From Candidatus Aminicenantes bacterium (lineage in GTDB: Bacteria; Acidobacteriota; Aminicenantia; Aminicenantales; Saccharicenantaceae), in the NCBI GenBank assembly GCA_016867635.1, contig VGJC01000003.1, positions 1 to 55,785 of the forward strand: DNA of 55,785 nucleotides. Reading direction: 5' to 3'. Below, piece after piece: positions 39,607 to 50,133 of this stretch. Within the stretch, counting starts at the first letter, position 1. Each line of letters opens with the position of its first letter. Position numbers and translations under genes: made by a program. Under the pieces are notes generated by a model, which saw only the letters and a program-made list of their open reading frames with translations, made no database searches and was not told where the DNA came from.

Positions 39607-42600
39607 GTGCCAGAATCCGTCCGCATCAACCTCCACGGCCACTCCCATCTAAGCGACGGTGAGCTCACGCCGGGCCAGCTGGCCGAGCGGCTGGTCGCCG
39701 CGGGGGTCCGGACCGCGGCCCTTACCGATCACGACACGATCGAGGGACTCCCCGCCTTCCGCGAGGCCTTGACCCGGAAGGGCGTCGGTTTCGTCACGGG
39801 CGTCGAGTTGACCGTCGTCGACCTCGAGGAAGGGGAGAAGCACATTCTCGGATATGGCTTCGACCCCGACAACAAGGTCTTGGGAGACCTTCTGGGCCGG
39901 GCCGCGGGCCTGCGCCGGCCTTCCCCCCTGCAGGCCTTGTCCTCCGCGTTCGACAGGACCCGGTCGCCGGCCGAACGGCTGGCCACGGGGGCGGTCTCGC
40001 CGGGCGAGGCCATCCGCGCTCTCCACGAGGCGGGCGGCCTGGCCGTGCTCGCGCACCCGGTAGTCCCGGGGCAGAAGCCCGATCTCGCCGCGCTGGAAAA
40101 GCTGGTTTCCAAGTTCAAAGGCCTGGGATTGGACGGCATCGAAGCCTTTGGCTCCGCGTATTCCGAGGACCTCAGTCGAGACCTCGTGGCCTTAGCCGGC
40201 CGGCATGGCCTTCTCGTCAGCGCCGGCAGCGATTACCACGGTCCGGAGCTCTCGGCTTCGACGGAACTCGCCATAGACATGCCAGAGACGCTTTGGCGGG
40301 GCTTCCGGGACGGGCTCCTGCGGCGGGGCGCGGGGATGTCCGTCCGCCCGCCCCCCAGGGATTCGGCCGCCCGCCGCTCACTGCCGCGGCCGCACTGGAA
40401 CGCCTTTCTTCTCAGGATCATCCTGCCTACGGCCCTGGCCATCGGGCTCTTCGTCGTCTTCTTTTTCTGGGTTCTGATCCCCGCGTTCGAGGGCCGGCTG
40501 CTCGAGCGCAAACGGGACACCATCCGGGAACTCACGAACGTCGCCGCCGGCATCCTGGCCGAGTACGACGCCGACGTCCGGGCCGGCCGGCTGCCGCTCG
40601 CCGAGGCGCAGAGCATGGCGGCCGGACGCATCCAGGACTTGAGATACGGCAACGAAGGCAAGGACTATTTCTGGATCACCGACATGCGGGCGCGGATGAT
40701 CATGCATCCCTACCGGACGGACCTTAACGGTCGGGACGTCTCCGACTTCCAGGACCCCCGCGGCGTCCGGATCTTCGTGGAGTTCGTCAACGCCCTCCGC
40801 GACCAAGGCGACGCCTACGTCGAGTACGTCTGGCAATGGAAGGATGACCCGGACCGGCTGGAGCCCAAGCAGTCGTACATCAAGAAGTTCGCGCCCTGGG
40901 GATGGATCCTCGGGACCGGGCTTTACCTGGAGGACGTCCAGCGGGAGATCCGGGCCATGGCCGCCCGTCTTGTCCAGGTCTCCATCGGCATCACGGCCCT
41001 CTGCGCCATGCTCCTCCTGTTCGTCGCTGCCCAGAGCATGCGCATCGAGCGGCGCCGGGCCAAGGCGGAGGACGAGCTGCGTGAATCTCACGAAAGATAC
41101 CGGACGCTCGCCGAGTCCGCCACCGAAGGGACCCTGATGGTCCTCGAAGGGCGCCCGGCCTTCGCCAACCCGACGCTCCTCGACCTGCTCGACGTCACCG
41201 AGGACGAGCTCTCGCTGCTCGACCTGGCCGAGGTCTTTCCCGGCCTGGCCCTGTCCCAGCTCGAGGGTCCGGGACCCCCGGCCTCCGAGGAGACGGCCCT
41301 CCGGCGGCGCGACGGCTCGACGGTCGACGTCACCCTCTCGGCGGCCCGGCTCTCGTTCGCCGGGCGCCCGGGATTGGCCATCGCCGTCAGGCCCCTGCGG
41401 CCCGGCCGGCGCGGCGGGGCCGCGGCCGGCCGCGGCGACCGCGACCGGGATAACCTCATCGCCGACCTCCAGGCCTCCCTGATGTTCCTCAATGAGCCGG
41501 TCGCTCCGCTCGCCGGCGATCCCGTTTTCTGCGACATCAGGGACTCCGTGGCCGGAGGAGCCGCCCTTATGACGGCCCGGGGAGCGACCGCGGTCGTGGT
41601 CACGGCGGAGGGAGAACCGGTCGGGCTGGTCACGGACCTTGATATCCGGGCCCGCCTCGTGGCCCAAGGGCTGACGGGAGAGACCCCCCTGCACGCGATC
41701 ATGAGCGCCCCGCTCGTGTCGATCGAGAGCCGGGCCCTCGTTTACGAGGCCATCCTGACCATGCGGGAGAGGAACGTCGACCACCTCCTCGTCCGGGACG
41801 AGATGAACAAGGTGACCGGCGTCGTCCGCCACCGCGAGCTCCTGCTGTTCCACAGGTACTCGCTGGCCGTGCTCACCCAGGAGATCCGGCACGCCCCGAC
41901 GCCCGACGCGATCGCGGCCGCCCGCCGCGGCCTGCCCAACCTGGTCAAGGTCTTGGTCGAGGGCGGGGCCAAAGCGCGCAACATCACCCGGGCCGTGACC
42001 GCGGTGACCGACGCGGTCGTCATCCGGCTTCTCGAGCTCGGCGCCGCGGACCTCGGGCCGGCGCCGGCGCGGTTTTCTTTCCTGGCCCTGGGCAGCGAAG
42101 GCCGGGAAGAGCAGACGTTGGCCACGGACCAAGACCACGCCATCGTCTTTGAGGACGCGCCCGAGGAGGCCGTGGCCGACATCCAGGCCTATTTCCTCAA
42201 GCTGGGCCGGTTCGTGTCGGAGGGCATGGCCCTGGCCGGGTACCCGCTCTGCCTGGGAGAGGTCATGTCCGGCAACCCGCGCTGGTGCCAGCCGTTGAGG
42301 GTCTGGAAGGGGGATTTCGCCGAGTGGCTCAGAACGGCCGAGCCCAAGGACATCCTCGAGCTCAAGATCTTCTTCGATTTCCGGACCGTCCACGGAGAGG
42401 CGGAGTTCGCCGCCGAGCTCCGCCGCCACATCGACGGCGTCCTCGCCCAGGAGCCCCCGTTCCTCCTCCACTACGCCCAGTACACCCTGCAATACAAACC
42501 CCCCCTCAGCTTTTTCGGCCATATCGTCACCGAGGAGGGCAAGGAAGGCCACCGGACGTTCAACATCAAGGATGCCATGATGCCGGTGGTCAATTTCGCC

Positions 42601-42900
42601 CGGCTCTACGCCTTCCGCCACGGTGTCGCCGACGTCAATACTCTCGACAGGCTCCACGCCCTCCTGGGCCTCGGCACGCTCCGCGAGAGCCTCCACGACG
42701 AGGCGGCCAAGGTCTATGATTACCTCATGCAGCTTCGTCTGGCCCGCCAGGCCCGGGCGCTCGACAGGAACGAGGCCCCGGGAAATGACATCGATCCCAG
42801 CGAGCTGACCCACATCGAGGAGACGCTTCTGAAGCAGGCCTTCGCGCAGATCGCCAACATCCAGAAGAAGATCAGCTTCGATTTCCTCGGCGCGGCGTGA
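39607..42900 (+). CDS. Multidomain membrane protein: PHP - TM - sCache - TM - PAS - CBS pair - DUF294 nucleotidyltransferase
   Basis: PHP motifs LHGHS..SDG, TDHD, GVEL, HILGY, AHP, GSDYHG. Cache YFWI.D....M.MHP...L.G...YV.Y.W. CBS G.VTD.D.R. NTase LGSEGREEQ...TDQD, CLGEVM..NP.W, IFFDFR, NIK. Confidence 0.88.
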   Translation: MPESVRINLHGHSHLSDGELTPGQLAERLVAAGVRTAALTDHDTIEGLPAFREALTRKGVGFVTGVELTVVDLEEGEKHILGYGFDPDNKVLGDLLGRAAGLRRPSPLQALSSAFDRTRSPAERLATGAVSPGEAIRALHEAGGLAVLAHPVVPGQKPDLAALEKLVSKFKGLGLDGIEAFGSAYSEDLSRDLVALAGRHGLLVSAGSDYHGPELSASTELAIDMPETLWRGFRDGLLRRGAGMSVRPPPRDSAARRSLPRPHWNAFLLRIILPTALAIGLFVVFFFWVLIPAFEGRLLERKRDTIRELTNVAAGILAEYDADVRAGRLPLAEAQSMAAGRIQDLRYGNEGKDYFWITDMRARMIMHPYRTDLNGRDVSDFQDPRGVRIFVEFVNALRDQGDAYVEYVWQWKDDPDRLEPKQSYIKKFAPWGWILGTGLYLEDVQREIRAMAARLVQVSIGITALCAMLLLFVAAQSMRIERRRAKAEDELRESHERYRTLAESATEGTLMVLEGRPAFANPTLLDLLDVTEDELSLLDLAEVFPGLALSQLEGPGPPASEETALRRRDGSTVDVTLSAARLSFAGRPGLAIAVRPLRPGRRGGAAAGRGDRDRDNLIADLQASLMFLNEPVAPLAGDPVFCDIRDSVAGGAALMTARGATAVVVTAEGEPVGLVTDLDIRARLVAQGLTGETPLHAIMSAPLVSIESRALVYEAILTMRERNVDHLLVRDEMNKVTGVVRHRELLLFHRYSLAVLTQEIRHAPTPDAIAAARRGLPNLVKVLVEGGAKARNITRAVTAVTDAVVIRLLELGAADLGPAPARFSFLALGSEGREEQTLATDQDHAIVFEDAPEEAVADIQAYFLKLGRFVSEGMALAGYPLCLGEVMSGNPRWCQPLRVWKGDFAEWLRTAEPKDILELKIFFDFRTVHGEAEFAAELRRHIDGVLAQEPPFLLHYAQYTLQYKPPLSFFGHIVTEEGKEGHRTFNIKDAMMPVVNFARLYAFRHGVADVNTLDRLHALLGLGTLRESLHDEAAKVYDYLMQLRLARQARALDRNEAPGNDIDPSELTHIEETLLKQAFAQIANIQKKISFDFLGAA

Positions 42901-43007
42901 CGGCTCCCGGCTCGCCCGTCGCGTCGGGCCAAGTTGACCCGCGGCCGAAATCTGATATATTAATCCGCTCTGACGAAACGGGCTCACGTTGCCCAGAGGA
43001 GATCCGC

Positions 43008-45143
43008 ATGCCCAAGCGCTGGTCGATGGCCCTGGCTGTTGGGGCCGTGATGGCCGTCGTTCTCTCCGCCCAGTACACGCCGTGGCTCTATTGGACGTTC
43101 CTGCCGAAGGGCCAGATGGACGAGATCGTCGGCGAGGCCTCCGGCGAGGCGGCCTGGAACACGGTCGCCGAGATCAACGCCTTCAACCGCGAGCGGTTCG
43201 ACGACGAGTACACCGGGCTCTTCTTCGAGACCCGGGTCGTCCTCCGCAAGCTCGAGCAGTACGGGCTGGCGGGCGTCGAGGTCGTCGCCTACCCCGGCGG
43301 GCAGGCCTGGCGCCCGCTCAAGGGCGAGCTGTGGGAAACGAAGCCCGGACGGAGGAAGATCGCCTCCATCAACGACATGCTGCCGATGCTGGCCGCCGGC
43401 AGCGCCTCGACCGACGTCACGGCCGAGCTGGTCTGGATCGGACGGGGGACGCCCAAGGAGATCCAGGAGGCCAAGGTCGACGGCCGGATCGCCGTCTGCG
43501 AGGGGAGCCTCGGGGCGGCCTACGGGGCCTCGGTCCAACAGGGGGCGCTGGGGGTCGTCTCCATCAGCACGTCGCGGCCTTTCGAGGACCCGCTCCAGAT
43601 GCCCTGGGCGGGCATCTCCGGCCGCCGCCGGCCGGGGTCCGAACAGGCCGAGCCCGCCGGCCAGGAGCCGAAGTTCGCCTTCCAGCTGAACGCCCGCGAG
43701 GGCGACATCCTCAAGCGCCGGCTGCTCGCGGGCGAGAAGATCACCGCCCGGGCCGTGGTCGAGTCCAAGACCGAGACCGTCGACCTCGAGAACGTCGTCT
43801 GCCGCATCCCTGGCTCCGATCCGTCCGCCGGCGAGATCATCCTGTCGGCGCATCTTTTCGAAGGCTTCCAGAAGCAGGGGGCCAACGACAACATCTCCGG
43901 CAGCGCCGGCATCCTCGAGGTCGCCCGCGTCCTCCACACGCTCATCGAGGAGGGCCGCCTGCCCCGGCCCAAGCGGACCATCCGCTTCATCTGGGGCCCC
44001 GAGTTCTCGGGCATCGGCCTGTGGGTCCAGGCCAACCAGCCGCTCATGGAGAAGACGCTCTGCAACATCAACATGGACATGGTCGGGGAATGGCTGTCCA
44101 GGAACCAGGCCTTCTTCTGCCTGATGCGGACGACCTATGGCAATCCCCACTACATCAACGACGTCATGGAGAACTATTACCGGTATCTCGGGGAGGGCGG
44201 ACGGGAGCGCATCCAGAACCGGAGCACGCCCTTCCGGGTCCCGGTCCGCGTCGTCGCCCCGACGGGGTCCGACGAGCCTTTCGCCTATTCCATCGAGACC
44301 CACTACGGGGCCTCCGACCACGAGGTTTTCAACGACTGGGGGGTCGGCGTTCCCGGCATCATGATGATCGCCTGGCCCGACACCTGGTACCACACCTCCG
44401 GCGACACGGCCGACAAAGCCGACCCGACCCAGCTCAAACGGGCGGCGATCATCGGGGCGGCCGGGGCCTACACCGTGGCCGCCGCCGGCGCGGACATGGC
44501 CGCCCGGATCGCCGGCGAAACGGCCAGCAACGGGACGAGACGCCTGGGCCACCAGCTCGTCGTCGGGCTCGAGACGCTGAACGGCGCGGATGCCGGGTCT
44601 TTGGCCGAGGCTTACAAAACGGCCCGCTGGACGATCGAGGCGGCCGTCATGAACGAAAAGGAGACACTCGATTCCCTCCTCGAGCTGGCCCCGGGAGACG
44701 CCGCCCTCGCCGGCCATATCGGCCGGCTCAAGCAGGCCGTCCAGGCCGCCGGCGACGCCCAGGTCCTGGCCCTCGAGGCCCACGCGGACGCCGCGGCCCG
44801 CAGGCTCGGCGTGAAGCGAGGGACGATCGTCCTCTCGGACCTCGAGAAAAGGGCGGCCCGGTCCGTGCCCCGGCCGACGGCCCGGGTCCGCGAGAACGGC
44901 TACCGGGAGTATCAGAAATCGATCACGGCCGTCCCGGCCGCCGAGAGGGCCAAATATCCCGTCGCGGGCAAGGATCTCGCCCTGGCCAACGCCAACGAGC
45001 TCCAGCTGCTCATCGACGGCCGCCGCAGCGTTCTCGACATCAAGAAGATGCTCGACGCCCAATACGAGCGGAAGTCCACTCTGCAGGCCATCTTCAATCA
45101 CATCGAGGTCCTCAAGCTGGCCGGCCTGGTGGAGACGCGATAA
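43008..45143 (+). CDS. Secreted M28-family peptidase with PA domain
   Basis: Signal peptide; SAHL, GANDN.SG, PE, NMDMVG, SDH, YHTSGD. Confidence 0.85.
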   Translation: MPKRWSMALAVGAVMAVVLSAQYTPWLYWTFLPKGQMDEIVGEASGEAAWNTVAEINAFNRERFDDEYTGLFFETRVVLRKLEQYGLAGVEVVAYPGGQAWRPLKGELWETKPGRRKIASINDMLPMLAAGSASTDVTAELVWIGRGTPKEIQEAKVDGRIAVCEGSLGAAYGASVQQGALGVVSISTSRPFEDPLQMPWAGISGRRRPGSEQAEPAGQEPKFAFQLNAREGDILKRRLLAGEKITARAVVESKTETVDLENVVCRIPGSDPSAGEIILSAHLFEGFQKQGANDNISGSAGILEVARVLHTLIEEGRLPRPKRTIRFIWGPEFSGIGLWVQANQPLMEKTLCNINMDMVGEWLSRNQAFFCLMRTTYGNPHYINDVMENYYRYLGEGGRERIQNRSTPFRVPVRVVAPTGSDEPFAYSIETHYGASDHEVFNDWGVGVPGIMMIAWPDTWYHTSGDTADKADPTQLKRAAIIGAAGAYTVAAAGADMAARIAGETASNGTRRLGHQLVVGLETLNGADAGSLAEAYKTARWTIEAAVMNEKETLDSLLELAPGDAALAGHIGRLKQAVQAAGDAQVLALEAHADAAARRLGVKRGTIVLSDLEKRAARSVPRPTARVRENGYREYQKSITAVPAAERAKYPVAGKDLALANANELQLLIDGRRSVLDIKKMLDAQYERKSTLQAIFNHIEVLKLAGLVETR

Positions 45144-45167
45144 GGGCCGCGGGCCGGGAGGAAGGTC

Positions 45168-46739
45168 ATGAAGCTCCGCCGGAAAGACGCCTTTTGGTTC
45201 GGGGCCGCCGTCCTGGCCCTCCTGGCCCTCGTCTTCGCGGCCGGCTGCCGCCGCCCCGAGCCGCCGGCCCCCGTCGCGAAGCACGTCATCCTGTTCATCG
45301 GCGACGGCATGTCCCTGGGCTCGGAGATAGCCGCGAGCCGCTACCTCTACGGCCACGACCGCGGCCTGGCCTGGCACCCCTTCGCCGTCAAGGCGTACGT
45401 CGCGACCTGGGACGTCACGGCGTACGACAAGAACGCCGCCGCCGAAGGCCGGCCTCCGTACCGTGAAGGGACATTCAGCCCGTCCATCGGGTACGACGCC
45501 CAGCGCGAGGGGCGGGCGCCCCACCCGTGGGACACGCTGTTCCCGGCCCCGGCGGGGGCCATGAGGATCCGGCCGTCCGTCGATTCGGCCGCGGCCGCGA
45601 CGGCCATGGCCACGGGGCGAAAGACGGCCTCGGGCCGCGTCTCCTGGCTGCCCGACAAAGGCCCGGAAGGGCGTCTCCGGACGCTTGTCGAGGATTACCG
45701 GGAGGCGACGGGCGGGGCCGTCGGGGTCGTCAGCACGGTGCCCTTCAATCACGCGACACCCGCGCCCTTCGTCAGCCACAACATCAGCAGGACACATTAT
45801 TACACCGGCTATAAAGAGAAGCCCGGCACCGGCATCGCCGACGAGATCATCCGTGAGACGAGGCCGGACGTCGTCATCGGCGGCGGGCATCCGCTGCTCG
45901 CCAATCCCGGCCTCGATCCGGACAAGGGCTACATCTCCGCCGCCCTGCTCGACGAGCTCCGGGCGGAACGGGAATACGTGTTCGTCGAAAGGGAGCCCGG
46001 CGTCGACGGAGGGGTCGCCCTGCTGGCCGCCGCCGAAAGGGCGGTCGCCGAAGGCCGGAAGCTGTTCGGCCTGTTCGGCGGACCGGAGGGCAATTTCGAG
46101 ACGCCTGTCGCCGGGGACAGCCCGGGCTCGCCCTCGGTCGCCCGGGCCGCCCTGGAGAACCCCGCCCTTCTCGACGCGACGCTGGCGGCCCTGCGGGTCC
46201 TGGGCCAAAACCCCAGCGGCTTTTTCGTCATGATCGAGCAGGGCGACATCGACTGGGCCCACCACGACAACGATTTCGGGCGGATGATCGGCGCCATGTC
46301 CGACCTCGAAGAGGCCGTTCGGGCGGCCGTCGCCTATATCGACATGCCGGGAGACGCCGTCGATTGGACGAACACCCTGCTCCTCGTGACGGCCGATCAC
46401 ACCACGGGCCTGCTGAGGCTGGACCCCGGAAAGCCGATGGGCCTCGGCGACCTGCCCCGCCAGGACCGGCTCCCTGACGAGGACCTCAAGGCGAAACGGA
46501 AGGCGGCCGGCGCCGGCTACGTTTCCGAGTTCGTCTACCCCGACGGCGAGGTGAGCTACGGCACTTCGGGGCATGCCAACGAGCTGGTGACCCTGTCGGC
46601 GACGGGGGCCGGGGCCCGTCTCTTCATCGACTACAAGGGTCTGTGGTACCCGGGGCCGATCATCGACAACACCCACATCAACGCCGTGGCCCGCCGGGTC
46701 CTCGGCCTGGGACCGCTGCCCCGCGGCCCGCTCCCCTGA
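45168..46739 (+). CDS. Alkaline phosphatase (lipoprotein)
   Basis: Lipobox FAAGC; LFIGDGM, DSAAAATAMATG, HATPA, EQG.ID..HH, TADH, H.N. Confidence 0.9.
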   Translation: MKLRRKDAFWFGAAVLALLALVFAAGCRRPEPPAPVAKHVILFIGDGMSLGSEIAASRYLYGHDRGLAWHPFAVKAYVATWDVTAYDKNAAAEGRPPYREGTFSPSIGYDAQREGRAPHPWDTLFPAPAGAMRIRPSVDSAAAATAMATGRKTASGRVSWLPDKGPEGRLRTLVEDYREATGGAVGVVSTVPFNHATPAPFVSHNISRTHYYTGYKEKPGTGIADEIIRETRPDVVIGGGHPLLANPGLDPDKGYISAALLDELRAEREYVFVEREPGVDGGVALLAAAERAVAEGRKLFGLFGGPEGNFETPVAGDSPGSPSVARAALENPALLDATLAALRVLGQNPSGFFVMIEQGDIDWAHHDNDFGRMIGAMSDLEEAVRAAVAYIDMPGDAVDWTNTLLLVTADHTTGLLRLDPGKPMGLGDLPRQDRLPDEDLKAKRKAAGAGYVSEFVYPDGEVSYGTSGHANELVTLSATGAGARLFIDYKGLWYPGPIIDNTHINAVARRVLGLGPLPRGPLP

Positions 46740-46746
46740 AGCGAAG

Positions 46747-49700
46747 TTACTTGAGCTCGCGGATCCGGATCGTCCGGAACTCGACGAGGGAGCCGTGGCC
46801 GAGGAAGCCGATGTGGCCCCTTTCCCGGGCCAGGCCGGGGTGGTCCCGGCCGTCCACGGTCCCTCCGGCGCTCGCCGCGTCGAGGTCGGCGTCGACGACG
46901 GTCGTCCCGTTGACGACGACCGTGACCCGCCGCCCGCTGACCGTGACCTCTTCGGAGTTCCATTCGCCCACGGGCCGAAGGACGCCCCGCCTGGCGGCCA
47001 CGACCCCGTAGATGGAGCCGTGGTACTGGTAGGGCCGGAGGTCCCAGTATCGCGGCGAGCCGTCCTCGAGGACCTGGATCTCCATCCCGGCGTAGGCGGC
47101 GTCCCCTTCGAGGGGGGCCCTAACGCCCAGGCCGTTGTTGGCGGCCGGGGTCAGCTTGAAATCGAAGCGCAGAACGAAATCGGCGTATTCCTTCTCCGTG
47201 AAGAGGTTGCCGCCCTTGCGCTCGGGATGCCCGACGAGCCTGCCGTTCTCCGCGACATAGCCTTCCGTGTCGCCCGTCCAGCCGGCGAGGTCGCGGCCGT
47301 TGAAAAGAGGGACGAAGCCCTCGGCGGTTTCAGCCGCGGCGATCTCCGGGACGGCCGTGTCTCGGGGGATCTCCCGGATGAAGATGTTCCTGAACCACAG
47401 GGGATCGCCGTGGGCCTGGAGCTCGATCTGTCCCGTCGGGTAGATCGGCTTGTCGCGCTCCCAATAATTCTCGAGCACGGTGTTGTCGACGACCATCCGG
47501 TCGTTGAGATAGACCGTGACCCGCTCGCCGATCATGACCACCCGGAACGTGTTCCACTCGCCCGCCGGCCGGTCGGCTTTCTCGAGGGGCCGGCTCGGCG
47601 CCTTCTGATTGTTATAGAGGCCGCCCGAGCCGGCCGGATTGGCTTCGGCGTCCCAGATCTGGACCTGAGGCGAGCCGCGGAGATAGAGGCCGCTGTCCCC
47701 GCCTGTTTCGATCTTCCAGTCGACGAGCAGCTCGAAATCCCCGTAGTCGCGGGCCGCGCGGAGGCTCTCGCCTTTCCCGTCGAAGACGAGCACGCCGTCC
47801 GACACGCTCCAGTGGTCCCGCATCCTCTCGTCGGCTTCGGCCTGGGCGGCGCGCAGCTCGTCCGGGGTCATGGCCGCCCGTTTCGGCGGGTCGGCCACGA
47901 GGCCCTTCCAGCCGGCCAGGTCCCGGCCGTTGAACAGGGGCGTGAAGCCGCCCAGCCTCAGCCGTTCGGAGATGATGTTCCCGATCCGGCCCCGCTCGGA
48001 CGGGTCCGGCTCCCCGGCCTCGACCCGTCGGAGGATCGAGACGGCCTCGTGACCGGAGAGCCACCGCTCGGAGGCGGATTGCGACGAGGCCATGTCCAGC
48101 AGGGCCGCGGCGGCGGTGTCCCGGAGAGCGGGGCTGTCGAGATGCTCCGAAAGCAGCCGGAACGACTCGGGCTCGCGGATCGCGGACAGCCCGACCAGGA
48201 CCGGCCTTCGGCCGCTGTCGTCCTTGGCCCGCTCGAGGGCGGTCCTGAGAAGCTCCAGCTTTTTGCGGTTCGGCAGGGCCGAACGCCCGACCGATTGGGC
48301 ATATCCGTGCAGGGCGAGGAGGCGGTTCCTGAGGTCGGGCGTCGTTTCGGCGACGCGCAGGAGCTCGACGGCCGCGCTGATGTCCGGCCATCGGGCCAGG
48401 GCCAGAACGGCGACGCCTTGGGCCTGAAGGTCCGGGCCCCGGGCCTCGCCGGCGACAGCCCGCAGGGCCTTCGTCCCGCCGAGGGCCGGGAGGACCCTCA
48501 AGATGGCCAGTTTCTCGGACGGTGAAGCATTTTTCATGAGGCCGAGGAGGGCGTCGGCCCGGACGGCGGGGTCGGGAGCCCTGCGCGCCGCGGCGGCCGC
48601 CGCTTCCTGGAGATGCAGGATATCTTCGGCGCCGGAAGCGGCCGCCAGCATTTTGATGAGCCGGGGCAGGTCTTCCTCGGAGGCCAGCTTGGCCAGGGCG
48701 GCGACGGCCGCCGCCCGGACGGCGGGCTCCGGGTCATCGGCCAACGCGTAAACCCGGCCGATCTCTTCCCGGGCTCCCTTCTCGCCGACGAGAGCGATCA
48801 AAAGGGCCCTGCCGGGAACGGGTGCGCTCTCCAACCGGCGGACGGCTTCGGGCACGACCGCGGCCCGGGGGAAGCCCAAGAGAGCTTCCTTCAATACGGC
48901 CAGCTCGGCCTCGCCCTCCGAATCGACGAGCGCGAAAAGGTCCGCAAGCGAAGCCTCGCCGCCCAATCGGGCCGCGGCCGGGATGGCCGCCGCCCGGACC
49001 GCTTTTTCCCCGTCGCTCAGGCTCCTGCGGACGAACGGGAGGGCTTCCTTGTCCCCGCGGCGGCCGAGCATGACGACGATGTCGGCCCGGGCTTCGGGAG
49101 CCGAGCTTCCAGCTGTTTCTATCCAGGCGGCCGTGGCCGCGCTCCCGGGGATGGCCGCCGCCAGCTCGAGGGCCGCGCCGCGCAGCTTGCGGCCGCCGGC
49201 GTCCATGGCCGCCAGGAGGTCGGGGAGGGCGCCGTCCTTGAGAACGGACACGAGCAAGCTCAGCGCTTGGGCCGCCACGTGGCTCTCTTCCGGGCCCGCG
49301 TAGGACGCAAGAAGCGCGCGGGCCACGGTCATGGCCTCGGCCGCCCTCCCGGACTCGGCGAGCCGCCGCGCGTAGAGGATGTAGAGCGAGGGCGCTTGCG
49401 ATCGCTCGTGGGGGGAGGCCGCGATGCGGGCGCGTTCGAGGACCGGGCCCGCGGCCGGGTCGCCGATGTTGGCCAGAGCGAAAAGGGCCGTCGTCCTGAT
49501 ATTAACGTCCGGGCTCGTCGCATAGGGGAGGAGCTTCTTCACGGCCTCGCGGCTGCGGAGTTCGCCCAAGGCCTTGACGAGGGCCGGACGGACGGATGAC
49601 GGCGACCGATCCAGGGCTTTCAGGAGGGCTCGGGCCGCTGCCGGGCCCCGGATGGCGAGAAGGGCCTGAACGGCGGGCTCGGCCAGGCGCTCGTCGCGCA

Positions 49701-50133
49701 GATAGCGCGCGAGAGGACGGACGGCCTCATCCTTTCCCGAGAGCTGGATCTGGGAGATGAGAAAGGCCTTGGCTTCCGCCGCCGGGGCGGCTTCGAGGCT
49801 TTTCAACACTTCTTTGACGAACGGACGGCGTTCGGCCTCGGCCCCGGGCCGGGTGACGTGGACGGCCAGGGCGTTCAGGGCGAACCGGGCTTTGCTGTCG
49901 TCTCCCTCCCCGGCGGGCAGGACGCGGCTGCAGATCTCCGAGACCGCTCCTGGGCCCAGGCCGAGAAGCTCCGCCGCCAATGCGTCCTTTTCAGAGGGGC
50001 TTTCGGCCGGGAAACGCTCCAGGATGCCGCCGACCCTGTCCCTCAGGCCGGGCGGCGGGCCGGACCCGAAAAGGGCCGCCGGCGGCCCGAACATCACGGC
50101 CGCGACGAGCAGGGAGAGAAGCTTCTTTGTCAT
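46747..50133 (-). CDS. Exported HEAT-repeat protein with two DUF1080 (3-keto-glycoside-processing) domains
   Basis: Signal peptide, then about 700 aa of Ala/Leu-rich HEAT-like repeats, then two LFNG.DL.GW...Y.DF.L...(D/N)(S/N)G...GEWN domains; ATGA overlap with the oxidoreductase gene. Confidence 0.87.
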   Translation of the reverse strand: MTKKLLSLLVAAVMFGPPAALFGSGPPPGLRDRVGGILERFPAESPSEKDALAAELLGLGPGAVSEICSRVLPAGEGDDSKARFALNALAVHVTRPGAEAERRPFVKEVLKSLEAAPAAEAKAFLISQIQLSGKDEAVRPLARYLRDERLAEPAVQALLAIRGPAAARALLKALDRSPSSVRPALVKALGELRSREAVKKLLPYATSPDVNIRTTALFALANIGDPAAGPVLERARIAASPHERSQAPSLYILYARRLAESGRAAEAMTVARALLASYAGPEESHVAAQALSLLVSVLKDGALPDLLAAMDAGGRKLRGAALELAAAIPGSAATAAWIETAGSSAPEARADIVVMLGRRGDKEALPFVRRSLSDGEKAVRAAAIPAAARLGGEASLADLFALVDSEGEAELAVLKEALLGFPRAAVVPEAVRRLESAPVPGRALLIALVGEKGAREEIGRVYALADDPEPAVRAAAVAALAKLASEEDLPRLIKMLAAASGAEDILHLQEAAAAAARRAPDPAVRADALLGLMKNASPSEKLAILRVLPALGGTKALRAVAGEARGPDLQAQGVAVLALARWPDISAAVELLRVAETTPDLRNRLLALHGYAQSVGRSALPNRKKLELLRTALERAKDDSGRRPVLVGLSAIREPESFRLLSEHLDSPALRDTAAAALLDMASSQSASERWLSGHEAVSILRRVEAGEPDPSERGRIGNIISERLRLGGFTPLFNGRDLAGWKGLVADPPKRAAMTPDELRAAQAEADERMRDHWSVSDGVLVFDGKGESLRAARDYGDFELLVDWKIETGGDSGLYLRGSPQVQIWDAEANPAGSGGLYNNQKAPSRPLEKADRPAGEWNTFRVVMIGERVTVYLNDRMVVDNTVLENYWERDKPIYPTGQIELQAHGDPLWFRNIFIREIPRDTAVPEIAAAETAEGFVPLFNGRDLAGWTGDTEGYVAENGRLVGHPERKGGNLFTEKEYADFVLRFDFKLTPAANNGLGVRAPLEGDAAYAGMEIQVLEDGSPRYWDLRPYQYHGSIYGVVAARRGVLRPVGEWNSEEVTVSGRRVTVVVNGTTVVDADLDAASAGGTVDGRDHPGLARERGHIGFLGHGSLVEFRTIRIRELK

